16,771 nucleotides of DNA from Nostoc sp. (GTDB taxonomy: Bacteria > Cyanobacteriota > Cyanobacteriia > Cyanobacteriales > Nostocaceae): assembly GCA_036918135.1 (NCBI GenBank), contig JBALDB010000057.1:1-16771 (forward strand), in the 5' to 3' direction. Below are positions 8,278-16,242 of this stretch, one piece after another. The notes beneath the pieces were generated by a model, which did not search any database, was not told the origin of the DNA, and saw only the letters and a list, made by a program, of their open reading frames with translations. Both the position numbers and the translations under genes were made by a program. Numbering within the stretch: the first letter of the stretch is position 1; every line of letters begins with the position of its first letter.

Positions 8278-8709
8278 CTAATTGGCAATATTAACCGGGT
8301 TAGAGATATGCTCGTGGATAACGCGCCATTGTCCCTCTCGCTTTTCCCATACAAGCGTTGCATGAGCCGTAATTTTAACCGCCTCATTTGCTGTGGTGGC
8401 TGCTGTACTCTCAAAAATTAGAGCAGAGACGGTAATGCGATCGCCTGTAAATATCTGAATATCCCCAACTGATTTTACTTGCCACTGTGTTATTGCTGTC
8501 ATGAAGGGCTTCCATATCTCCTCATACGACTGCCATCCTTGAATTCGAGTGGTCTGCGGTGAGAGGGTATCGAAGGCGAGCAATTGTTCATCTTGCCAGT
8601 AAAGATTGTCTAGGACAGAAAAATTAAAGGGTTTGTCGCCTGCACTAAACGCAGCTAGCCAATCGTTAACGCGTTCTTTAATTTCCGCTTCTTCTAAAGT
8701 ATCTTTCAT
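8278..8709 (-). CDS. SnoaL-like / NTF2-fold (YybH/DUF4440-like) protein
   Basis: 143 aa with LY..D...AFD, GWQSYEEIW and C-terminal ATLVWEKREGQWRVIHEHIS, typical of the family. Confidence 0.82.
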   Translation of the reverse strand: MKDTLEEAEIKERVNDWLAAFSAGDKPFNFSVLDNLYWQDEQLLAFDTLSPQTTRIQGWQSYEEIWKPFMTAITQWQVKSVGDIQIFTGDRITVSALIFESTAATTANEAVKITAHATLVWEKREGQWRVIHEHISNPVNIAN

Positions 8710-8827
8710 AGTTCACAACCAATTTACACAACCATTTTGTTGTATTTGGGAAAAATCTCAAACTTCTTAGTTGAATTTGATACTTTCGAGTGCGGAAAGT
8801 GGATTTTAATTATTCAGAGGAGAAGAA

Positions 8828-9940
8828 TTACACCTTAGCTAACGGCTCATTAGCAGCTGACCAAAATGGATAGTCTGTATATCCTTTTTCATCGCCACCA
8901 TAAAAGCTTGCTTGATTTGCTTGATTTAGTGGTGCATTCAAAGCGAAGCGTCGGGGTAAATCGGGGTTTGATATAAATAACGTGCCAAAGGCAACTAAAT
9001 CTGCTGCTTTGTTTGCCAGTACAGCATTGCCTTTTTCACGAGTATAACCACCATTAACGATCAGTGTACCTGTAAAGCGATCGCGTATCTGACTAGTGGG
9101 TACAATTATCGCGCCATGTCTGATATCTGCCTCTATTGCCTCAAAAATATGCAGATATGCCAAATTAAACTGGTTCAACGCTTGAGCCGCATAACCGAAT
9201 GTCTCCACGGGATTGGAGTCATGCATATCGTTATAAGTTCCACTGGGAGAAAGACGTACTCCTACTCGGTTAGAATCCCACACACTAGTTACTGCTTCTG
9301 TCACTTCCAACAAGAATCGAGTCCGATTTTCAATGGAACCGCCATATGGATCTGTACGCTTATTTGTACCATCCCGAAGAAACTGATCTATTAAATAACC
9401 ATTAGCTGCGTGAATTTCCACCCCATCAAATCCAGCCACTAGGGCATTTGCTGCTCCTTGACGGTACTGTTCTAATATCTGCGGTATTTCTGAAGTTTCT
9501 AAGGCACGGGGAGTAACAAAGGGTTTTGAACCTTCATAAGTTGAAGCTTCACCTTTAGGAGCAATAGCAGAAGGTGCTACAGGTAAAGCTCCATTCGGTT
9601 GTAAGTCTGGGTGAGAAATCCTGCCTACGTGCCATAGTTGCAGAAAAATTCTCCCTCCCTGCTGATGCACAGCCTCGGTTACTAACTTCCATCCCTCTAC
9701 CTGTTCTGGTGAATGAATTCCTGGTGTAGCGGGATAGCCCTGTCCTTCAGGAGTTACCTGTGTTGCTTCAGCAATAATCAGTCCGGCGGAAGCACGTTGA
9801 GCGTAGTAGGTAGCATTAAGTTGGTGTGGTACGTTTCCCTGACCTGCCCTGTTCCGAGTTAACGGTGCCATCACTATCCGATTCGGTAGTTCCAGATTCC
9901 CTAATTGATAAGGAGAAAATAAGTTGATATCAGTACTCAT
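8828..9940 (-). CDS. Alkene reductase, Old Yellow Enzyme family (NemA-like)
   Basis: NRIVMAPLTRNRA, YYAQRASAGLII, QLWHVGR, GFDGVEIHAANGYL (HxxNxY), NKRTDPYGGSIENR and C-terminal FYGG...GYTDYP. Confidence 0.96.
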   Translation of the reverse strand: MSTDINLFSPYQLGNLELPNRIVMAPLTRNRAGQGNVPHQLNATYYAQRASAGLIIAEATQVTPEGQGYPATPGIHSPEQVEGWKLVTEAVHQQGGRIFLQLWHVGRISHPDLQPNGALPVAPSAIAPKGEASTYEGSKPFVTPRALETSEIPQILEQYRQGAANALVAGFDGVEIHAANGYLIDQFLRDGTNKRTDPYGGSIENRTRFLLEVTEAVTSVWDSNRVGVRLSPSGTYNDMHDSNPVETFGYAAQALNQFNLAYLHIFEAIEADIRHGAIIVPTSQIRDRFTGTLIVNGGYTREKGNAVLANKAADLVAFGTLFISNPDLPRRFALNAPLNQANQASFYGGDEKGYTDYPFWSAANEPLAKV

Positions 9941-9960
9941 TGGTTATCTCTCTGAATAAA

Positions 9961-9995
9961 TTGTCATTGGTCATTAGTCATTTGTCATTGGTCAG
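9961..9995. repeat. STRR2-type heptamer repeat, 5 copies of T(T/G/A)GTCAT
   Basis: TTGTCAT TGGTCAT TAGTCAT TTGTCAT TGGTCAG. Confidence 0.85.
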
Positions 9996-10068
9996 ATTAG
10001 CTATCGATTATTAATTATTCGGCTTTGCCCTAAAGCCCCCTTGCCTCCTTGCCCCACACTCCCATAGA

Positions 10069-10863
10069 TTAAACAATTGACCGAATAACACCACCATCTA
10101 CCCGCAAAGCTGCACCATTAGTTGCTGAAGCTACGGGACTTGACAAGTAGACTACAATTGCTGCTACTTCTTCATTAGTTGCAAAGCGTTTGATTAAGGA
10201 AGTTGGGCGCACATTTTGAAAAAATTCCGCCTCAACGTCTGCACGAGCAATACCGCGTTCCTGCGCTAGGTTATTGATAAAATCTTCAACTCCTTCTGAA
10301 CGAGTTGGCCCTGGTAGGACTGAGTTTACTGTGACTCCAGTCCCGATAGTCATTTCTGCTAAACCTCTGGCAATGGCAAGTTGTGCCGTCTTAGTTGTGC
10401 CGTAGTGAATCATTTCCACTGGAATCTGAATAGCAGATTCGCTGGAGATAAAAATTATCCGTCCCCAGTTTTGCTCTAGCTGCTTTTGCAGATATTGCCT
10501 ACTCAAACGGACTCCACTGAGGACGTTAACCTCAAATATCTTTGACCAGTCTTCATCAGTGATATCAAAGAAGGTTTTTGGCTCATAAATACCCACATTG
10601 TTTATGAGTATATCAACGTCAGGAACCTCTTGAATGAGTTTCTCTACCCCTGATGCAGTGCCTGCGTCAGCAACAACACCAGAAACTTTCGCGTCGGGTG
10701 TAGAATGCTTAATTTTGGCGATCGCTTGAGCTACTCTTTGCTCAGACCGACCGTTGACAATCACTGATGCACCCTCTTGAGCTAGCCCAACAGCTATGGC
10801 AAAACCAATGCCTGCCGTTGAGCCAGTTACCAATGCGGATCTACCATGCAATTTTAAGTCCAT
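10069..10863 (-). CDS. Classical SDR family NAD(P)-dependent oxidoreductase
   Basis: TGSTAGIG, NNVG, ISS, YGTTK, NSVLPG and NGAALRVDGG motifs. Confidence 0.95.
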   Translation of the reverse strand: MDLKLHGRSALVTGSTAGIGFAIAVGLAQEGASVIVNGRSEQRVAQAIAKIKHSTPDAKVSGVVADAGTASGVEKLIQEVPDVDILINNVGIYEPKTFFDITDEDWSKIFEVNVLSGVRLSRQYLQKQLEQNWGRIIFISSESAIQIPVEMIHYGTTKTAQLAIARGLAEMTIGTGVTVNSVLPGPTRSEGVEDFINNLAQERGIARADVEAEFFQNVRPTSLIKRFATNEEVAAIVVYLSSPVASATNGAALRVDGGVIRSIV

Positions 10864-10892
10864 TTCCTTCTTTCCCCGTTAATTTGCTCTGC

Positions 10893-11037
10893 GACTGGGT
10901 ATTGGGGAAGGTGGGCCCCCTGAAGGGGATAAGGGGTAATGGGGACTGGGTACTGGTCATTCTCCCCATCTCCCCACACTCCCCACACTCCCCACACTCC
11001 CCACACTCCCCACACTCCCTAGTCCCCAGTCCCCAAT
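10893..11037. repeat. Composite STRR tract: G-rich heptamers, 5 x CTCCCCACA, then CCCCA(G/A)T heptamers
   Basis: Five perfect 9-mers at 10970-11014 and CCCTAGT CCCCAGT CCCCAAT at 11017-11037. The complementary TGGGGACTGGG arm lies at 10940-10950. Confidence 0.9.
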
Positions 11038-11043
11038 CTCAGA

Positions 11044-11367
11044 TCAAAGATGCTGTGCTAAGGTCTTATTTAATGTGGTCTTTGGGACTGCCCCCACGAC
11101 AGTATCGACTTGGCGACCTTGTTTAAAAACCATTAGCGTTGGAATACTGCGAATTCCATAATGACTGGCGACAGTAGGATTTTGATCTGTGTTCAGCTTC
11201 ACTACTTTTACCTGTCCTTGATATTCAGCAGCAACTTCGTCTACAACCGGAGCTACCATCCTACAAGGGCCGCACCACGGTGCCCAAAAGTCCACCAAAA
11301 CTGGAATTCCACTTTCCAAGACTTCTTGCTTGAATGTGGCTTCTGTGACATTTGTAATGGATGACAT
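11044..11367 (-). CDS. trxA: Thioredoxin (m-type, TrxA2-like), 107 aa
   Basis: [13 protein letters not shown] active site and YGIRSIPTL. The true start is most likely ATG 11367 with AGGAGG at 11380-11375, not the ORF-track start at 11466. Confidence 0.96.
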   Translation of the reverse strand: MSSITNVTEATFKQEVLESGIPVLVDFWAPWCGPCRMVAPVVDEVAAEYQGQVKVVKLNTDQNPTVASHYGIRSIPTLMVFKQGRQVDTVVGAVPKTTLNKTLAQHL

Positions 11368-11390
11368 AAATTGCCCTCCTGATTTAATTC

Positions 11391-11415
11391 TATTATTCGA
11401 TATTATCGAATAATA
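11391..11415. promoter_or_regulatory. Perfect 12-1-12 inverted repeat, likely ArsR/RexT operator
   Basis: TATTATTCGATA-T-TATCGAATAATA in the 81-bp gap between the divergent trxA and ArsR genes. Confidence 0.85.
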
Positions 11416-11448
11416 AAAATATATGCCAGTTGATGAGATAATGCAAGT

Positions 11449-11817
11449 ATGAGATTCCTTTATCATCCAGATAAAAAAAATATTTCTTTACCGGGAGTAT
11501 TGTATGCATTGGGCGACCCAGTGCGGTTAGAGATTGTGCGGTTGTTGGCTAGTGAGGGGGAACAATGCTGTGCCAAATTTGATTTTGCGATCGCTAAGTC
11601 TACTATGTCCAATCATTTTAAAATTTTACGTGAATCGGGGATAGTATTTACACGTAAAGAAGGAACGCAGCACATTAATTTACTGCGGCGTGATGATTTA
11701 GAGATGCTGTTTCCAGGTTTACTGGATGCGGTATTAAAAGCAGCTCAACCATTGTCTGTCAATCCCACCGATAGTAAACAAACAGCCTCAACCAGAGGTA
11801 ATATCCAAGGTTGGTGA
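11449..11817 (+). CDS. rexT: ArsR/SmtB-family redox-sensing repressor, RexT-like
   Basis: [12 protein letters not shown]40-C41, [18 protein letters not shown] wing and FPGLLDAVL. It is divergent from thioredoxin, as with RexT/trxA2 of Anabaena PCC 7120. Confidence 0.85.
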   Translation: MRFLYHPDKKNISLPGVLYALGDPVRLEIVRLLASEGEQCCAKFDFAIAKSTMSNHFKILRESGIVFTRKEGTQHINLLRRDDLEMLFPGLLDAVLKAAQPLSVNPTDSKQTASTRGNIQGW

Positions 11818-11848
11818 TGTTAGGGTGTGAAGGTCAATCGCTATCTAT

Positions 11849-12628
11849 TTAAGAATCTTCTCGTTTTTCTTTTTGTATTTCTAAATCAGCAAAGATATCA
11901 TGTTGTTCTGCAAAAACCCTTGGAGTGTGAGATAAACCTAAATCTATAGAAAGTAAATCAACACCATCGATAATTTTGGGTATCTGAACTCGATCCACTT
12001 GCAGACTGAGAAAGCATTTTTGCCTGTAATCTGGTCTTTCCTGAAACCGTTCGACCGCTCTTTTTAAAGGGCGGATAACCTCATAGGCTTTTTCAGCCTT
12101 CTCAATTGATGCTTGAGGGATCGAAGATTGCAGCCTGAGAATTGCTAGATCGATTAAATCTCTTGCCTGAACACTGTCATCCATATAACGGTCAGAATTT
12201 GACAGCAGCTTAGAGGTAAAACAGTCATTGAAGCTTAAGCAGGGAACGGGCGACCACTTTGGATATCTTGGTGTGTCTAGTTGAAAACGAGTTTCCGCAA
12301 TAATTTCCGTTTTAATAGGTACATCATCTACAATAACTATCATCCGAATTCCATATTGGTCAGTTGTACTACGTCCGATTTGAATTTTACTTAAATTACG
12401 AAATAATGCTTCATGTCCACCCTCAAATACCACTGTACGTAAGTATTTATAGCCTTCTGTACCAACAGAAGCGATAAAATCAACGTCCTTACTCCAGCGA
12501 TATTCTTTAAAATCAATTGCTAGAAGGGTTCCGCCACCGAAGTAAGCAGAACCCTTCGTAAGGATGTCAGAATCTAAACATTCAAGAACTGTGAGAATTT
12601 TACTATGGTGTTTTAACCTCAAGGTCAT
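11849..12628 (-). CDS. AbiEii/AbiGii-like (DUF1814) nucleotidyltransferase toxin family protein
   Basis: YFGGGTLLAI..YRWSKDVDF N-terminal motifs, plus KLLSNSDR and RDLIDL. The likely start is ATG 12628, overlapping the upstream TGA (ATGA at 12628-12625). Confidence 0.85.
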   Translation of the reverse strand: MTLRLKHHSKILTVLECLDSDILTKGSAYFGGGTLLAIDFKEYRWSKDVDFIASVGTEGYKYLRTVVFEGGHEALFRNLSKIQIGRSTTDQYGIRMIVIVDDVPIKTEIIAETRFQLDTPRYPKWSPVPCLSFNDCFTSKLLSNSDRYMDDSVQARDLIDLAILRLQSSIPQASIEKAEKAYEVIRPLKRAVERFQERPDYRQKCFLSLQVDRVQIPKIIDGVDLLSIDLGLSHTPRVFAEQHDIFADLEIQKEKREDS

Positions 12629-12861
12629 ACACAAACTTGCAGCCAGGATTTATACTCTCTGGCGAGTTCCGTGACAAAATTCAGTTCTTCACCCTCAAGA
12701 TTATTGAATAGGTTACGGTATTGCCAACCACGCTCGTAGCGGCTCAGCATTTCTTCTGAAGTAAACCGATATATGTCAGCGGTCTGCCAACAAATTGACT
12801 CTAGAAAAGGCAGCTTTTTGGGAACTAAAACGGTATTATTTGTTAGTGTTGCGGTTGTCAT
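12625..12861 (-). CDS. Small (78 aa) hypothetical protein, putative antitoxin of the nucleotidyltransferase
   Basis: ATG 12861 preceded by AAGAG. It contains LPFLESICWQ...EEMLSRYERGW...ELARxY and is translationally coupled to the downstream gene. Confidence 0.72.
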   Translation of the reverse strand: MTTATLTNNTVLVPKKLPFLESICWQTADIYRFTSEEMLSRYERGWQYRNLFNNLEGEELNFVTELAREYKSWLQVCV

Positions 12862-12951
12862 AACTCTTTTAATCAACCACTTTCGTCTTACTTTAATTTT
12901 AGATTAACACTACCGATTTGGAAGTCGAATTTTATCCCAACTATAAATTAT

Positions 12952-14202
12952 CTAAGTTGGGTAAACTCTACCTTTCCAAGCACTACCGCGCCCTTGCCAA
13001 TGACGGAGTGCAGAGTCAAGAGTCATCAAGATATAAAGAAAAGCGATCGCAGGTAAACTAAAGGTTAACCAAAAAGAACATTTATAAAAACGGATTGTTG
13101 GATAATAAGCCAAGGTCATTAATAACCAACTGGATAAACCCGTAAATGCGATCGCCCAACTACCCCAAACTACACCTAAAATCACACCGATAGGTGGAAC
13201 TAGATAAATTAAGCTCATTCCGATCGAAGTTCCCAATAGTAGTAAGGGAGAATAATTCAGTTGTGTATAAGCAGTACGGGCAATCATGTCCCAAATCGTC
13301 GCCAGAGAATTATAGGGACGTAAACTGCGAGTTAAAGTACTCAATCCTAGCCAGATAAGGCCTTTGGAGACTGGGGACTGGGAGTGCTGAATTAAAAGTT
13401 CTTCTCCCCCTGCCTCAAGAGCCTCCCCATCTCCCCATCTCCCCATTCCCCCACTCCTCTTCACAGCCCTAGCCAAGGCGCAATCATCGATTAAAGCTTG
13501 GCGAATCACTTGAATACCGCCGATTCGCTCTAAAGCTTGTCGGCGAATCAGGATCGAACCCCCAGCACCAGCGGCTGTAGGATAGTTAGGGTTATTTACC
13601 CAGCGGAAGGGATAGAGTTTTTGGAAGAAAAAGACGAAAGCCGGGATCAATAATTTTTCCCAAAAGCTCTCACACCTAAGTCGCACCATCACAGAAACCA
13701 AGTCTAAATTTTCCTGTTCAGCTTTAGCAACGAGTCGGTACAGATTACTAACATCATGTTTGATATCTGCGTCGGTGAGAAAAAAATAGTCAGGTGTCAA
13801 TAAACTCGCCTTCTTTATACCTTGCTCAACTGCCCAAAGTTTCCCCGACCAGCCCGGAGGTAGTGATTCCCCAAAGATTATATGCAATTGCTGGGCTTTA
13901 CCGACAGCATAGGCAACTCCTTCGGCAATATTTGCTGTACCGTCTGTGCTGCAATCGTCTACCAAAAACACCTCTAAAGAACCAGGATAATCTTGAAGTA
14001 AGAGCGATCGCAAGCCGATCGGTAGCAACTCGGCTTCGTTACGCGCTGGAACCACCGCACAAACTACAGGCAAAGATTCTAGCATCGGAGTTTCTCTAAC
14101 TTCTAATTGCTGGTCTAACCGCCAAAACTGTCCCCAAAAACACAGTAATCCTAACCAAATTGTCAAGGATAAAAGCATCAATCCTAATACAATTACACCC
14201 AT
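12952..14202 (-). CDS. hpnB: Hopanoid-associated GT2 glycosyltransferase HpnB
   Basis: VVPARNEA, VDDCSTDGT, LPPGWSGKLWA, TDADI, PAFVFFFQKLYPF, LIDDCALA, RTAYTQL and WKGR motifs. It is adjacent and divergent to shc. Confidence 0.88.
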   Translation of the reverse strand: MGVIVLGLMLLSLTIWLGLLCFWGQFWRLDQQLEVRETPMLESLPVVCAVVPARNEAELLPIGLRSLLLQDYPGSLEVFLVDDCSTDGTANIAEGVAYAVGKAQQLHIIFGESLPPGWSGKLWAVEQGIKKASLLTPDYFFLTDADIKHDVSNLYRLVAKAEQENLDLVSVMVRLRCESFWEKLLIPAFVFFFQKLYPFRWVNNPNYPTAAGAGGSILIRRQALERIGGIQVIRQALIDDCALARAVKRSGGMGRWGDGEALEAGGEELLIQHSQSPVSKGLIWLGLSTLTRSLRPYNSLATIWDMIARTAYTQLNYSPLLLLGTSIGMSLIYLVPPIGVILGVVWGSWAIAFTGLSSWLLMTLAYYPTIRFYKCSFWLTFSLPAIAFLYILMTLDSALRHWQGRGSAWKGRVYPT

Positions 14203-14325
14203 GACCTATTGCAAATTCTCAGTATTTCAGACACAATACTATGTCTATTGATAGACGACAAAAATTTTTTGCTGTGGTGCCGTGTTTATAACTAGTGTTG
14301 AGTGTTGAGGTTGAACGGTATTTTG

Positions 14326-16242
14326 ATGCAAACACAGGACAGGGTAAAAGTCAAGCAAGTCGCAGAAGCGATCGCAGCCAGCCAAGAATATCTACTTTCA
14401 ATTCAAAATCCAGCAGGTTACTGGTGGGCAGAGTTGGAATCTAATGTCACCATCACTGCTGAAGTTGTGCTTTTGCATAAGATTTGGTCAACAGACCAAA
14501 AAAGACCTTTGCACAAAGTAGTAACTTACCTGCGTCAAGAGCAACGGGAGCATGGCGGCTGGGAGCTTTTCTACGGCGATGGGGGAGAACTTAGCACTTC
14601 AGTTGAAGCCTACATGGCGCTGAGACTGCTGGGTGTACCAAAAACCGATCCGGCAATGATTCGGGCGCGAAAGTTTATTCTCCAACGAGGTGGTATCAGT
14701 AAAACTCGGATTTTTACCAAGTTACACCTAGCCTTGATAGGCTGTTACAACTGGCGGGGTATTCCCTCGTTACCACCTTGGATAATGCTGTTGCCCAAAG
14801 CTTTCCCAGTGAATATTTATGAGATGTCTAGTTGGGCGCGTTCGAGTACTGTACCGTTGTTAATTGTATGCGATCGCAAACCAATTTTTCTCACTGACCC
14901 AATTATCAATCTAGATGAACTATATGTTGAAGGTGTGGAGCAAGTCCAGTGGGAACTACCCAAAAATAACGATTGGACAGATTTATTCCTCACCCTCGAT
15001 GATGGTTTCAAGTTGGCAGAACGCTTGAATTTAGTTCCCTTCCGCCAAGAAGGCATCAAAGCTGCCGAAAAGTGGATTGTAGAACGGCAAGAAGCTACAG
15101 GAGACTGGGGCGGTATTATTCCGGCAATGCTGAATTCCATGCTGGCTTTGCGAAGTCTGGATTACGATCGAAACGACCCCATTGTAGAACGAGGGTTGCA
15201 AGCAATTGATAACTTTGCGATTGAAACAGAGGACTGCTACCGAATACAGCCTTGTATTTCACCCATCTGGGATACAGCTTGGGTAGTGCGTGCCTTGGTA
15301 GATTCTGGTTTTGCACCAGATCATCCGGCTGTAGTTCGAGCTGGCGAATGGTTGTTGTCAAAGCAAATTTTGGACTACGGAGATTGGGCTGTCAAAAATC
15401 GCCAAGGAAAACCAGGGGCTTGGGCATTTGAGTTTGAAAATCGCTTTTATCCCGATGTTGATGACTCGGCTGTGGTGGTGATGGCACTACATTTAGCAAA
15501 ACTCCCTGATGAAAAAATCAAGCAGGCTGCGATCGTGCGTGCCTTAAAATGGATTGCATCTATGCAGTGTAAACCAGGTGGCTGGGCTGCTTTTGATTTG
15601 GACAATGACCAAGATTGGCTTAACTCCATTCCCTATGGAGATTTAAAAGCAATGATTGACCCCAACACCGCAGATGTTACCGCTAGGGTAATAGAAATGC
15701 TGGGTGCTTGTAATTTGTCAATTGATACGCACAATTTAGAGCGGGCGTTTAGTTATCTTCTGAGCGAACAAGAAACTGAAGGCTGTTGGTTTGGTCGTTG
15801 GGGTGTAAATTATATTTACGGTACTAGTGGTGTTTTGTCAGCTTTAGCGTTGATTGAACCCCAAAAGCATAAACTTAGTATAGAACGGGGATCAGCTTGG
15901 TTATTAGGATGTCAAAATCTAGATGGTGGTTGGGGCGAAACTTGTTGCAGCTACAACGATCCCAGTCTTAAGGGAAAAGGAAATAGTACTGCATCTCAAA
16001 CAGCTTGGGCTTTAATTGGTCTGTTGGCGGCAGGTGAAGCAACTGGTAAATTAGCGTTTGAGGCCATTGAGCGGGGAATTGGCTACCTTGTGGCAACTCA
16101 ACAGCCAGATGGTACTTGGTTTGAAGCAGACTTTACAGGTACTGGTTTCCCTTGCCATTTTTATCTCAAATATCACATGTATCAACAATACTTTCCTTTA
16201 ATGGCGCTAGGTCGTTATCAAGCAGTAATTGGAAAAGATTGA
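14326..16242 (+). CDS. shc: Squalene-hopene cyclase
   Basis: YPDVDDSA (DxDD) catalytic motif, multiple QW repeats (Q..AGYW, Q..HGGW, Q..PGGW, Q..EGCW, Q..DGGW, Q..DGTW), GRWGVNYIYGT and TGTGFP. ATG 14326 is preferred over GTG 14302. Confidence 0.97.
   Translation: MQTQDRVKVKQVAEAIAASQEYLLSIQNPAGYWWAELESNVTITAEVVLLHKIWSTDQKRPLHKVVTYLRQEQREHGGWELFYGDGGELSTSVEAYMALRLLGVPKTDPAMIRARKFILQRGGISKTRIFTKLHLALIGCYNWRGIPSLPPWIMLLPKAFPVNIYEMSSWARSSTVPLLIVCDRKPIFLTDPIINLDELYVEGVEQVQWELPKNNDWTDLFLTLDDGFKLAERLNLVPFRQEGIKAAEKWIVERQEATGDWGGIIPAMLNSMLALRSLDYDRNDPIVERGLQAIDNFAIETEDCYRIQPCISPIWDTAWVVRALVDSGFAPDHPAVVRAGEWLLSKQILDYGDWAVKNRQGKPGAWAFEFENRFYPDVDDSAVVVMALHLAKLPDEKIKQAAIVRALKWIASMQCKPGGWAAFDLDNDQDWLNSIPYGDLKAMIDPNTADVTARVIEMLGACNLSIDTHNLERAFSYLLSEQETEGCWFGRWGVNYIYGTSGVLSALALIEPQKHKLSIERGSAWLLGCQNLDGGWGETCCSYNDPSLKGKGNSTASQTAWALIGLLAAGEATGKLAFEAIERGIGYLVATQQPDGTWFEADFTGTGFPCHFYLKYHMYQQYFPLMALGRYQAVIGKD

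Noticed and set aside
10767..11126. 119-aa ORF with PHS repeats
   Set aside because: It is an antisense read-through of the 9-bp repeat tract and overlaps two real genes.
11368..11466. 33-aa N-terminal extension of thioredoxin in the ORF track
   Set aside because: It would cover the operator and overlap the divergent regulator. ATG 11367 has an AGGAGG RBS and gives a normal 107-aa thioredoxin.
11595..13042. Absence of HIP1 in the nucleotidyltransferase module as evidence of horizontal transfer
   Set aside because: The gap is about 1.45 kb, and equal or longer gaps occur in native genes (about 9085-10717 and 14878-16553), so it is not informative.
3594..15629. Short shadow ORFs (3594, 4346, 6226, 6420, 6444, 6777, 8103, 9116, 11161, 13794, 14817, 15116, 15447)
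   Set aside because: They are antisense or out of frame within well-supported genes and show no recognisable motifs.
5060..16242. A single secondary-metabolite cluster linking SnoaL, reductases, glycosyltransferase and cyclase
   Set aside because: hpnB-shc is a standard hopanoid pair, separated from the redox cluster by an unrelated module. No PKS, NRPS or RiPP core is present.
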